Notes: generated by a model from the letters alone, not told the origin. Counted from the first letter of the stretch, positions 1 through 8,458 are shown. The stretch is 64,000 bases of DNA from Treponema sp. (GCA_016294105.1 JAEDCN010000009.1:4867-68866); one strand, 5' to 3'. Program-made: numbers and translations.

Positions 1-856
1 ACTGTTTGAATTCTAATTGGTCAGAAGAATATTCTTTTCCATCGATTTCCCAATAACAATGCGGATAATATTTTGTCTTATCTTTTTCACCAAAAGCAGA
101 ATCTATCATGCTTTCCCAAATATACTCAAATTCATTCGTTCCATAGATGAAATTTTTGCTGTCACAAGACTTACCAAGAAATTCGATTATATCAATCATG
201 CAATTGAACAAGAGCATTGTCTTTTCATTGAAAGTCTGCGAACGCTTTATCTTGATTATGGAGAGAAAAAGATTTCTATTAAACCTTAAATTAGGTTTGA
301 GCGGTACAAATGAAGAAAACAACCAGCCGATTTTTGAGAAGCTTTCCCAAACACAATATTGATGAATTTGACTTATTAACTCATCTTCATTATGCTTTAT
401 TTTTCTTGTGATAAGCTCTTGGTAAAAAATACCTTCATCTTGAAATAAAGGCTTTACTTGTCTAACTGTTTTTGTCCAGTTTACTTTGCCGTTAGTGGAT
501 TTCGTATAGACTACTTCCTTTTCAAAATAGTAACCATTAGTTAGAAATTCTTTTATCAAGTACAGATATGCATGAATCGGGAAAAGAACTTTGTCCTTAA
601 AAGCCATTTTGGGAGTCTGGATGAATGATTCATTCCTATCATTTTTTGAAGAAAGAACTCCCAATAGATTTAATACATCCTTTTTCAACTCATCTTCTGT
701 TGAAGCCCTTTTATAACCAAGAGGAAAATTGACTCTAAAAGATTCATTTTCATATTTTATGCCCACAAAGTAATCTTTTTCGGTCAAATTAGCATTGTAA
801 ACACAAGCGTCAAAAAGAGAAAATGAACTGCCCCCTTTCTGCTTCGATTCTATCAA
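1..856 (-). CDS. McrC-like / LlaJI R2-type restriction subunit, N-terminal part (gene runs off the window start)
   Basis: This ORF is not in the supplied ORF track. I checked the minus-strand frame triplet by triplet and found no stop in 285 codons from 856 down to 2. An in-frame TAG at 860-862 caps the 5' end, so the probable start is TTG at 856-854. It begins 12 nt downstream of the McrB-like GTPase gene, which is where McrC/LlaJI.R2 sits. The family call rests mainly on context. Confidence 0.6.
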   Translation of the reverse strand, partial: MIESKQKGGSSFSLFDACVYNANLTEKDYFVGIKYENESFRVNFPLGYKRASTEDELKKDVLNLLGVLSSKNDRNESFIQTPKMAFKDKVLFPIHAYLYLIKEFLTNGYYFEKEVVYTKSTNGKVNWTKTVRQVKPLFQDEGIFYQELITRKIKHNEDELISQIHQYCVWESFSKIGWLFSSFVPLKPNLRFNRNLFLSIIKIKRSQTFNEKTMLLFNCMIDIIEFLGKSCDSKNFIYGTNEFEYIWESMIDSAFGEKDKTKYYPHCYWEIDGKEYSSDQLEFKQ

Positions 857-867
857 AAACTACCGCC

Positions 868-2433
868 TCAATTCTCAATTTCAGAGAATAAATCTTTAAA
901 GACAGAAAACTCTTTGTCATTCTTAAAATCACGAGTTAGACTTTCAAGATTTGTATAACTGTTAAAAACTTTTTCACGGCAGAATTTAAAGGCATCATCC
1001 CAAAGGTATTTCAAAACTTTTTCTACAAACAAATCTTTTGGTATGATATAATCATTTCCTAACTTTGTCGCTTTTACAAACCAACAACCAATCCGTTTAT
1101 CCTCCATACTTGAAAGCCCGGCTTCTTCACTCATTTCACCTATTTTTATGTTAATTGTCTTCTGGAATTTTTCCCAAGTAATAGTTTTTGCAGTGTCAAT
1201 GAATGCACCTTTCTGAGAATTTTCTTTATCTGTATCACCGAATACATTCTCTATTAATTTCATATTCCATCTTCGCTGAAAAGCATTATCAAGAGTAAAG
1301 ACATTTTGATCACTTGTGTTCATAGTGGCAAGAATTGAAAGATTCGGCGGTAAGCGAATTCCTGTATTAGCAGAAAAATGAATACCATTGATATCCAAAG
1401 CCTTGCCGTCAAAAGTATCATCTGTATCACGAATATAATTGTTGATTTCAGAGTTCATCACAAAATATTCGCTCCACCCTTTGCCGTAAGTATTGAGAGA
1501 GCCATCGTGCGAAGTAGTTTTGGATTCATCCTCAATCCTATCCAAAAGCTGGAATAGTTCTCCAAAAATAGCAGCAGCATTTCCACGGTTAATCTCTTCG
1601 ATAATCAAAACATAACGGTTCTGACTGTCACAAAGAGCTTTTTTTAGAATAGAAGTAAATGGCCCTGGCTTAAAAACAAAATCAGTTTTTCCCTGTACCA
1701 GTTTTGGCATTATCTGTCCAATAAAGTCCGCATTTGTGTATTCAGGATGGAATACGGTACGCTCCACAAAAACATCCTGCTCCTGTTCTGGTATATTATA
1801 TTCAGTTTCAAGTTTTTGTTTTATTTTGTGGGATTTTCCGCTTCCAGGAACACCGTAAAAGATGATTTGTTCGGGAGAGGTGTGTGGGGTGGCGGCGGGG
1901 ATTGGAAAACCTGATGTTTCAGCATCTTTTGAAAAATCCATCGAAAATCCGTTGATAGTTTTTGTAAAAACTATATCAGTCCGCCCATATTTGATTAGGT
2001 GTTCCTTTCTAATTAAACTTCCAGATTTTAACCCTAATCTATGGCGAATATATAAGCCTAAAATTTTATTGCTCTCTGGTGTTGATAATGCTTGAGGTTT
2101 GCCATCCTTAACCTTCGGCTGAGAACGACTAAACACGAAATCATTGCCTAAATCATCTATGACATGAAATGTACCATCTTCTGGGAAAAAATCTGACTGA
2201 TAAATTTCTTTAGGCAACTGAAAATATGATTCATTACCACTTCGTGATGACTCGGTTTTACCTTTTTCTATGCGTAACGTTCCTGTTTCAGGGTTAAATG
2301 CCCAGTTCAAACCATATTGAACACCATACTTCTGGTTTTCATCCAGCAAATTTATTTTTATGGTCTTACTATCAATAAACCCAAATTTATGAGGAATAAC
2401 AAATAAATCTGACACCTTGCAATCTCCTTTCAC
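868..2433 (-). CDS. McrB-like AAA+ GTPase restriction subunit (LlaJI R1-type) with an N-terminal putative DNA-binding region
   Basis: 521-aa ORF with Walker A GVPGSGKS and the McrB-type segment VLIIEEINRGNAAAIFGELFQLLDR, followed by TMNTSDQ and FQRRW. The GTG start overlaps the methyltransferase stop (GTGA, 2430-2433). Confidence 0.85.
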   Translation of the reverse strand: MKGDCKVSDLFVIPHKFGFIDSKTIKINLLDENQKYGVQYGLNWAFNPETGTLRIEKGKTESSRSGNESYFQLPKEIYQSDFFPEDGTFHVIDDLGNDFVFSRSQPKVKDGKPQALSTPESNKILGLYIRHRLGLKSGSLIRKEHLIKYGRTDIVFTKTINGFSMDFSKDAETSGFPIPAATPHTSPEQIIFYGVPGSGKSHKIKQKLETEYNIPEQEQDVFVERTVFHPEYTNADFIGQIMPKLVQGKTDFVFKPGPFTSILKKALCDSQNRYVLIIEEINRGNAAAIFGELFQLLDRIEDESKTTSHDGSLNTYGKGWSEYFVMNSEINNYIRDTDDTFDGKALDINGIHFSANTGIRLPPNLSILATMNTSDQNVFTLDNAFQRRWNMKLIENVFGDTDKENSQKGAFIDTAKTITWEKFQKTINIKIGEMSEEAGLSSMEDKRIGCWFVKATKLGNDYIIPKDLFVEKVLKYLWDDAFKFCREKVFNSYTNLESLTRDFKNDKEFSVFKDLFSEIEN

Positions 2434-3503
2434 TCGTTTATATTTGCAGGAATTGACTCATAATGAATTCCTGCAAAAGTCTTTAAGACTGCCTCAAATA
2501 TAATTTTTGCTCCATCACAAGGAACCGCCATCCCTATCTGTTTTCTGACAGATTCCTTGCTTCCCTCAAAAACATAGTTATCAGGGAAAGTTTGGAGTCT
2601 AGCACGTTCCCGATTCGTCAATGCTCTTGGCTCGCTCCAATGGTAAATATGAGTCCCCCCTCCTCCTGATCCGGTCACGGTATATGCAGGTTTACTAGGA
2701 TCGAGCCGTTTATAAATCTGACTAATTCTTGCACCACGGACATTCAATTTCAAATGGTCAGGAAGATTTGCTGTAAATGCATTCTCACCAGGTTTAATAT
2801 GATTAAGTCTCTCGACAACCTGAGCAGATTGCACCGTATACTCATTGTTACTTGCATTCTCCTGTATAGGGGGCTCATCAATAGCCTCTCTACATGTTTT
2901 CAAAACATATCCATTCGTACTGGGAACTTTGAAATCAAAAGGCAAATCATTTCTGATACCAATAATTATAACCCGATGACGAGCTTGGGGAATACCATAG
3001 TCTTCAAATTTATATAAATTGGGATAAATCTTGTATCCAGCAGCAATCATATCTGCCTTGATTTTTTCAAAAGCGGAACCTTCATTGGCACTTTTTAATC
3101 CTCCAACATTCTCCGCCAAGAACCATTGCGGTTGTTTATCTTTAAGCACTTTGATTCCATAGGAATACAATGGACCAAATTTTCCATTGATTCCCTTTTG
3201 TTCTCCAACCACACTAAAATCGTTGCAAGGAAAACCAAAAGCCAATGCGTCAATATCTCCGATATCATACAAACGGTTAAAATCAAGTTCTCGAATATCA
3301 CCACAAATAACAGATTCTGGTTTATCAGGGCAGATATTTCTGATATATGTCTGGCAAGTATCCTTATCATAGTCATTCGCCCATTGATGGATAATCTTAT
3401 AATCAGGATTACCTATTGTTGCTGTAATCGCTCCAAGCGCAAGGCCACCGGGGCCACAGAAAAGTTCGCCTAACCTAAATATCATTTGGTTTTGAAACCT
3501 CAT
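2430..3503 (-). CDS. DNA (cytosine-5)-methyltransferase
   Basis: 357 aa with the canonical m5C motifs: FCGPGG (I), GFPCNDFS (IV), ENV (VI), QARHRV (VIII) and GMAVP (X). Confidence 0.92.
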   Translation of the reverse strand: MRFQNQMIFRLGELFCGPGGLALGAITATIGNPDYKIIHQWANDYDKDTCQTYIRNICPDKPESVICGDIRELDFNRLYDIGDIDALAFGFPCNDFSVVGEQKGINGKFGPLYSYGIKVLKDKQPQWFLAENVGGLKSANEGSAFEKIKADMIAAGYKIYPNLYKFEDYGIPQARHRVIIIGIRNDLPFDFKVPSTNGYVLKTCREAIDEPPIQENASNNEYTVQSAQVVERLNHIKPGENAFTANLPDHLKLNVRGARISQIYKRLDPSKPAYTVTGSGGGGTHIYHWSEPRALTNRERARLQTFPDNYVFEGSKESVRKQIGMAVPCDGAKIIFEAVLKTFAGIHYESIPANINE

Positions 3504-3677
3504 CCAGTAGTTTGTTAAGGAAATGATTACATTTCCTTATATCCTCTCCTCTTGTTGTATGCCAAGATATGACATCGGCATACCTAAGAAACGGCATGGA
3601 TAAAACGTTTTCAAAATATATTTTACCGCAGTAAAAGTAGAGATACCATCATAAAAAAATCGAAATTCTATATACAT

Positions 3678-4055
3678 CTATACTTCCACATAAGCAAAGG
3701 ATTGTGGTGCGTACATTATATCAAAATCAGAAAGCTCTTTCTTCTGATTGTATTCTCGAGCAGAAGCTACCTTTATTGCAAAAGCATTTGCTCGGCCATG
3801 AAAATACTTGTCATAAAATTCTTGAGTTGTGCCTGCAAAATCCTTCGTCAAAGTCCACAATACAGCCGGAGAATCATTTAAAATTGTATCTATTTCAAAT
3901 TCTCCGATGACTTTTCGCTCAGGAGACGAGGAATATACAATTACACGCCTTACAGACTTGTCTTTAAAAACATTTTTTCGGAATTCATATTTTTTTGTTC
4001 CATCAAAAATCTTATGTGCATATTCAGGTTTAATCGACAACAAAACTGCCTTCAC
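3678..4055 (-). CDS. ASCH domain (PUA-like fold) protein
   Basis: 125 aa. The N-terminus MKAVLLSIKPEYAHKIFDGTKKYEFRK is typical of small prokaryotic ASCH proteins. Its start overlaps the stop of the upstream PIN-GNAT-PUA gene by 26 nt. Confidence 0.75.
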   Translation of the reverse strand: MKAVLLSIKPEYAHKIFDGTKKYEFRKNVFKDKSVRRVIVYSSSPERKVIGEFEIDTILNDSPAVLWTLTKDFAGTTQEFYDKYFHGRANAFAIKVASAREYNQKKELSDFDIMYAPQSFAYVEV

Positions 4056-5532
4056 TTTTCGTCTCCTCTAAAATAGTTTCAAATTGTGCTTTACTGATTT
4101 TTCTGAAACCTCTTGGTGCATCATTTATTCCATGGAGAATTTCAAGCTCTATCAATCTTTCCATAGTTACTCGTTTTGGGAATGAGTACACATATAGAAA
4201 ATTTACGACAAAAGGTCTTCGTGTAGAGTAATTCCACATTTCTTTTAATGAATTTTCAGAAAATACACTTCCACTAAGGCAATAATCTACAAATTCTGAT
4301 TCAGAAGAAAAAGACTCCCTTATGTCAGACACGACTCCTACTGTCGTAACAACACTTTTAAAATATCCACCAGTTCGATAGAAGATAAGAATATCTCCTT
4401 TTTTTGGATGTGGTGCGATAGCTCGTGAAACATAAACCTTGGCTATACCATTGCGATGAGGAGAGTCTTCTATAAAATCTTTTGGCGATTCCGTATTCAA
4501 TATAGAATCTGGTAGTAATTCTGTATGGTACTCAGGATAAATAGGGACTATAAAGGAATCTTGGGATTTAGATATGTATGGATAACTTTCTCTTATACAG
4601 TTGACGGAAAAGCTCGGAATGAAAGTTCTAACATATACATTCTCAGCCGCTTTCTTGCCCCAAAAAGTAAAACCCCATTTTTCCATGAGACTAATCAATC
4701 TTTTTTGTTCATCTCGCTTGTCATATATTGTGACATATATTTCATCAACTTTATTCTTTAAAGCATTGTCAAAAATAATCTTTAGAAATCGCTCTCCTAA
4801 TCTGAATCCATTGCTAATCACCTTAAAAGTACCGACTTTTAATCTTTTCTTTGGCTGAAATTGTGGAACTATATCTAGGTAGTTCTCATCGGTTCCTTCA
4901 ACCTTCAAATATAAAAAGGATAATAATCTTCCATTGTTTGAATTTACCGTTATATAAGCTTCATCATCATATTTTCTCAAAAACCAATTGTCAAATCCTT
5001 CATAGTCATCTTTAAGTGATTGAAAGAAAGTGTCATTTAAATCAATTTTAGCAAACTGGATTTTCTGAACATTAAGGACTTTATAATCCACAAGCTCAGG
5101 ATGCTCAGAATAAATCTTTTCCAGAAATTCATCTATGGTAAAAACTTTTTCGGAAATTTCCAATAGATCAGCTTTCTTATGAATTTTTTTATCTTCTGTT
5201 ATCAAGCTATCAACCCTATTAGAAAAAACTTCATTTAAAATTTGAGTATCTATCTTATCATTCTCATTTGTATCAATTTGCTGAGAGACTTTTAAAACTT
5301 GCTCACTCATAGGCGATGAATTTTCGATAATTTCATAACTCTGTAACTTAACTTTAAATGCTGAGACAGTATCAGAATTTGAATTTTTTAAAATTTCAGA
5401 AACAGTCAGATTATGAATAACTTTTATATAATGTCCTCTATCAAGCCATTTAAAAAGTGTGCCTATATCCTGATTTTTAATCTTAGAAGCTTCTCTGTGA
5501 ATTATAATATTAGTGTCAAGCAGTACTCTCAC
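4030..5532 (-). CDS. Three-domain fusion: N-terminal PIN-like nuclease, central GNAT-like acetyltransferase, C-terminal EVE/ASCH-like PUA-fold domain
   Basis: 500 aa with a GTG start preceded by GGGAGGTGA. The PIN-like part reads MRVLLDTNIIIH...LITEDKK. The GNAT-like core reads GERFLKIIFDNALKNKVDEIYVTIY...LMEKWGF. The PUA-like C-terminus reads GDILIFYRTGG...VVTTVGVV...RGFRKISKAQFETILE. Domain calls are by eye, with no HMM run. Confidence 0.6.
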   Translation of the reverse strand: MRVLLDTNIIIHREASKIKNQDIGTLFKWLDRGHYIKVIHNLTVSEILKNSNSDTVSAFKVKLQSYEIIENSSPMSEQVLKVSQQIDTNENDKIDTQILNEVFSNRVDSLITEDKKIHKKADLLEISEKVFTIDEFLEKIYSEHPELVDYKVLNVQKIQFAKIDLNDTFFQSLKDDYEGFDNWFLRKYDDEAYITVNSNNGRLLSFLYLKVEGTDENYLDIVPQFQPKKRLKVGTFKVISNGFRLGERFLKIIFDNALKNKVDEIYVTIYDKRDEQKRLISLMEKWGFTFWGKKAAENVYVRTFIPSFSVNCIRESYPYISKSQDSFIVPIYPEYHTELLPDSILNTESPKDFIEDSPHRNGIAKVYVSRAIAPHPKKGDILIFYRTGGYFKSVVTTVGVVSDIRESFSSESEFVDYCLSGSVFSENSLKEMWNYSTRRPFVVNFLYVYSFPKRVTMERLIELEILHGINDAPRGFRKISKAQFETILEETKSEGSFVVD

Positions 5533-5754
5533 AACTCACCTCCCATGGCAACTTCTACAATACCATCCTACCACACCCACTGTCCCATAGAATGACACAG
5601 TGATATATTTTTCTTACAAAATATACCGAGCATTATAATCAATAACCCGAGCCCTGACAATGAGAAGAATGGAGAAAATGAATTTTATTTATCACATTAA
5701 TCTTTGATTCAATGTAAGGTTATATGCAGATAATGGAGATTCCCTCCTCCCCCC

Positions 5755-5867
5755 AATCTTACACACGGTACTAGTGCAATCTTACACACGGTAAGATTGC
5801 CTTCTTACACATGGTAAGATTGGACTCTTACACATAGTAAGATTGGGCTCTTACACATGGTAAGATT
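5755..5867. repeat. Five tandem 23-24 bp iteron-like repeats, each containing the palindrome (AAT)CTTACACAYGGTAAG(ATT)
   Basis: Read directly. The copies are centred near 5765, 5788, 5812, 5835 and 5858. Copy 2 (5778-5798) is a perfect 8-bp inverted repeat with a 5-nt spacer (AATCTTAC acacg GTAAGATT). Copy 1 has a degenerate right arm. Confidence 0.9.
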
Positions 5868-5901
5868 GAGCGTGGAAATTATTGTGCAGGGAGATCAAGA
5901 A

Positions 5902-5931
5902 ATGATAATTTTTTTGTAAATAAATTATCAT
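5902..5931. promoter_or_regulatory. Perfect 10-bp inverted repeat (ATGATAATTT n10 AAATTATCAT), a candidate operator just upstream of the XRE gene promoter
   Basis: Read directly. The arms are 5902-5911 and 5922-5931, and the repeat ends 5 nt before the -35 box. Confidence 0.6.
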
Positions 5932-5936
5932 TTTTA

Positions 5937-5965
5937 TTGACAATAAAGTAATTTATTATTACTAT
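5937..5965 (+). promoter_or_regulatory. Sigma70-like promoter of the XRE gene
   Basis: TTGACA at 5937-5942, a 17-nt spacer, and TACTAT at 5960-5965. A GGGGGA RBS at 5974-5979 precedes the ATG at 5985. Confidence 0.55.
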
Positions 5966-5984
5966 TATAGTATGGGGGACAAAG

Positions 5985-6323
5985 ATGAACAATAACTTGG
6001 GAAACACACTCGAAAGGATGCTCAAGGAACAAAACATGAGCCAAAAGGAACTGGCCCAAAAGGCAGCTGTTACTGAGGCTGCAGTCTCCCACTACATCAA
6101 GGGGGATCGCATTCCCCGTAGCACCACCCTAGGACTCATTGCAGGAGCCTTGGGGGTTACAGCAGGTTTTTTGCTAGGAGCAGGAGTTACTTCTGCCACT
6201 GCAGAAAAGAAAAAACAAACCTTTGAAGAAACAAAGGATATGCTCAAAAAGCACAGTGACAGCTTTACCCAGCAACAGCGACTGGAGCTTATTGGTATAT
6301 TGTCACAAGGAGGGCAGGAATGA
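5985..6323 (+). CDS. XRE-family helix-turn-helix transcriptional regulator
   Basis: 112 aa. The HTH_3-type segment is MSQKELAQKAAVTEAAVSHYIKGDRIPRSTTLGLIAGALGV. Confidence 0.85.
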   Translation: MNNNLGNTLERMLKEQNMSQKELAQKAAVTEAAVSHYIKGDRIPRSTTLGLIAGALGVTAGFLLGAGVTSATAEKKKQTFEETKDMLKKHSDSFTQQQRLELIGILSQGGQE

Positions 6324-6568
6324 AAAACAAAACATAAGGTCACTCTCAAATTCGGAATGGAGTGACCAACTACGAGTAAAGCAAAAAAGCAAGAGGCGGT
6401 GGCGTTCGTCGAACACACAACTTCATGCTGCTACCGAAAGCAAAGGGCATCCCCAAAAGGAGGGAGCCTTAAATCTAATAGGGTAAAGAAGCCCGAAGGA
6501 GCAAACAATGATTTGCTTTGTACGTTGCCGGAGAGAGACTCCGGTGTATAGAAATAGGAGATATCCAA

Positions 6569-7339
6569 ATGAATACGAATTCAATCGAGAAATTGAATGG
6601 TTCAGTGAATGTAACCATCCACAAAAATTACTTTAAGAAAGACGACACAAACCATGCACGAGTCCAGCGTACTACTGCTGGTATGGACAATGTGATTGCC
6701 CTTGTCTGTGAAAAATCAAACCTTTTTGACAAAGCCTCCTTGGTGGCAGCCCAAATGCTGTTCAAGGATGCGATTCTGGACCTGTTGCAACAGGGAGCTG
6801 CAGTAAACCTTTTTGAACTAGGAACCTTGTATCCTTGTTCCCAAGGGAGTATCAATTCCAACAACCCTAGCCCTACAGAGATTCCTCCCCTCACCTTGGG
6901 ATTCACCCCCGCACAAGTTTCACTAGAAGCCGTAAGCAAGGCCACAGTCTCCATGTCTCAGCTGGCAGAAACCCATCCTGTCATTAACCTGATAGAAGAC
7001 CTTTCCACTCACAAGTCTGATTTTTCATTGAGCCTCTCAAAGCCTGTGCGCATTACCGGCAGAAGACTCAAAATTGCAGGGGATACAAGTGAAACAGGCC
7101 TGTACTTTGCCCCGCACAATGACCAGGGTTTGATTGACGAAACAGAAGCAGACTGGATCCGAGTAGAAGATGCAGCCTTTTTCAAGAACACTTCCACCTT
7201 CTTAGAGTTCATTCTTCCAGCATCTTTAAGTCCAGACACCAGCTACAGCCTAGTTATCAAGACAGCCTCTGGCCGAGGAAAAACAGTGAATAAAACTGTC
7301 CGCAAGCTCGTCTTTGACAAAACAATCACCATCAATTAA
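6569..7339 (+). CDS. HU-like DNA-binding domain protein with an Ig-like C-terminal (DUF4469-like) region
   Basis: The track ORF is 6518-7339. I prefer the ATG at 6569 (MNTNSIEKL), which is preceded by AGGAG. The architecture resembles Bacteroidetes-type HU/DUF4469 proteins often found on mobile elements. This call is from memory. Confidence 0.5.
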   Translation: MNTNSIEKLNGSVNVTIHKNYFKKDDTNHARVQRTTAGMDNVIALVCEKSNLFDKASLVAAQMLFKDAILDLLQQGAAVNLFELGTLYPCSQGSINSNNPSPTEIPPLTLGFTPAQVSLEAVSKATVSMSQLAETHPVINLIEDLSTHKSDFSLSLSKPVRITGRRLKIAGDTSETGLYFAPHNDQGLIDETEADWIRVEDAAFFKNTSTFLEFILPASLSPDTSYSLVIKTASGRGKTVNKTVRKLVFDKTITIN

Positions 7340-7350
7340 AAAATAACAAT

Positions 7351-7389
7351 GCCCCAGTTTCAGCACAAGCCGGAACTGGGGCATTTTTT
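7351..7389 (+). terminator. Rho-independent terminator
   Basis: GCCCCAGTT (7351-7359) pairs with AACTGGGGC (7374-7382) and is followed by a T6 run. Confidence 0.8.
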
Positions 7390-7457
7390 ACCCCCCCTCC
7401 CCACCTTGCCTTTTACCCCAAAAGGTGATACCCTCTTTTCCTACAAGGAGAACTGCC

Positions 7458-7865
7458 ATGAACAGAGAAGCCCAGGTGCTTGAGCGCGTTAATAATCCCA
7501 ATCTTTTCAATAGTCATAACGGCATTACCGTCACTGCTGTAGGTGGTGGCAAGGCTCAAGGAGTGCTGGAAGTCTCTTCCACCAGCCTGAATCCCCACGG
7601 TATTGTTCACGGTGGCTGCCTCTATACCCTGGCAGATACAGTGGCAGGTTCTGCCGTTGCCGCTAGCTGTGGAGGGCCCTGTGTTACCGTCAGTGGCACC
7701 TTGGAATTCCTTCGGCCAGCAACGGGAGAGGCCATTTACTGTACAGCCAGTCCCAAAAAGCTAGGAAGCACCATTTGCACCATGGAGGTGGAACTTACAA
7801 ACCAAGACCACAAGGTAGTTGCCACTGGCACCTTCATCTTCATGCTGGTACAGCCCAAGGTTTAG
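7458..7865 (+). CDS. PaaI/YbgC-type hotdog-fold thioesterase
   Basis: The preferred start, ATG at 7458 (MNREAQVLE), follows AAGGAG. The segment NPHGIVHGGCLYTLADT is typical of PaaI-family thioesterases. Confidence 0.8.
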   Translation: MNREAQVLERVNNPNLFNSHNGITVTAVGGGKAQGVLEVSSTSLNPHGIVHGGCLYTLADTVAGSAVAASCGGPCVTVSGTLEFLRPATGEAIYCTASPKKLGSTICTMEVELTNQDHKVVATGTFIFMLVQPKV

Positions 7866-8458
7866 ACCTTCATCTCATCTTTTACCCGCTTAAGCTCCAA
7901 AGGCACCTGGTCTGGAGCCATCATGTCCAGTCCTTCTGCCTTGATGCAGCTGGTTTCCTGAATACCAAAAAAATTCTTGCACAAGCTTTCCCAGTAGCTA
8001 TAACCATAGTCACAAAAAATGGGGCCACCAGCGGTGGTAATGTAGTAAAACTTTTTGGCACGGCACATTCCCACAGGAACAGCCCCCTCATAGTCAAAGG
8101 TAATGCCAGGAACACAAATATTTTCTATATACGTTTTAACGATAGCAGGAAAGGAAAGATCCCAGTAGGGGGCAGCCACCACAATCAGGTCAGCGGAGGC
8201 AAACTGATGGGCATAGTCAAACATTTCATGGTGAAAATCCCTGCTTTGCAAAAGCTTATCCCGTTCCACCAGGCTTTGTCTACTGTGACCACACAACGGT
8301 AGCTGAGCCAGATCCAATTCCTCCACCACCAACTCACCAGAATCAGCTAAATCTTTCGCTCCTGCAAAAGTGGCAGACAGCAAAGTCAAAAGATGGCGGG
8401 CTAGCTCCAAGGTTCTAGAATTCTCCCGCACGCAACCGTTTACAAACAAGAGCTTCAT
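7862..8458 (-). CDS. Flavodoxin-like-fold NAD(P)H-dependent oxidoreductase
   Basis: 198 aa. MKLLFVNGCVRENSRT...ADLIVVAAPYWDLSFPA matches the Flavodoxin_2/azoreductase-like pattern. Confidence 0.75.
   Translation of the reverse strand: MKLLFVNGCVRENSRTLELARHLLTLLSATFAGAKDLADSGELVVEELDLAQLPLCGHSRQSLVERDKLLQSRDFHHEMFDYAHQFASADLIVVAAPYWDLSFPAIVKTYIENICVPGITFDYEGAVPVGMCRAKKFYYITTAGGPIFCDYGYSYWESLCKNFFGIQETSCIKAEGLDMMAPDQVPLELKRVKDEMKV

Noticed and set aside
3475-3597. A 40-codon minus-strand ORF (MPFLRYADVISWHTTRGEDIRKCNHFLNKLLDEVSKPNDI) overlapping the methyltransferase start, together with a 9-bp-stem hairpin at about 3518-3539
   Set aside because: A 40-codon frame is not significant in AT-rich DNA. 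I saw no RBS, and it does not resemble a controller (C) protein. The hairpin could be a terminator after the ASCH gene or a regulatory site, but I cannot support either reading.
5755-5867. Possible mini-CRISPR or attachment-site repeats
   Set aside because: The copies are contiguous at a 23-24 bp period with no spacers, and each is internally palindromic. This fits protein-binding iterons or operators better. No integrase is nearby to support an arm-site interpretation, although that cannot be excluded.
7775-8302. A 175-aa plus-strand ORF
   Set aside because: It is antisense to the flavodoxin-like oxidoreductase gene and overlaps the thioesterase 3' end out of frame.
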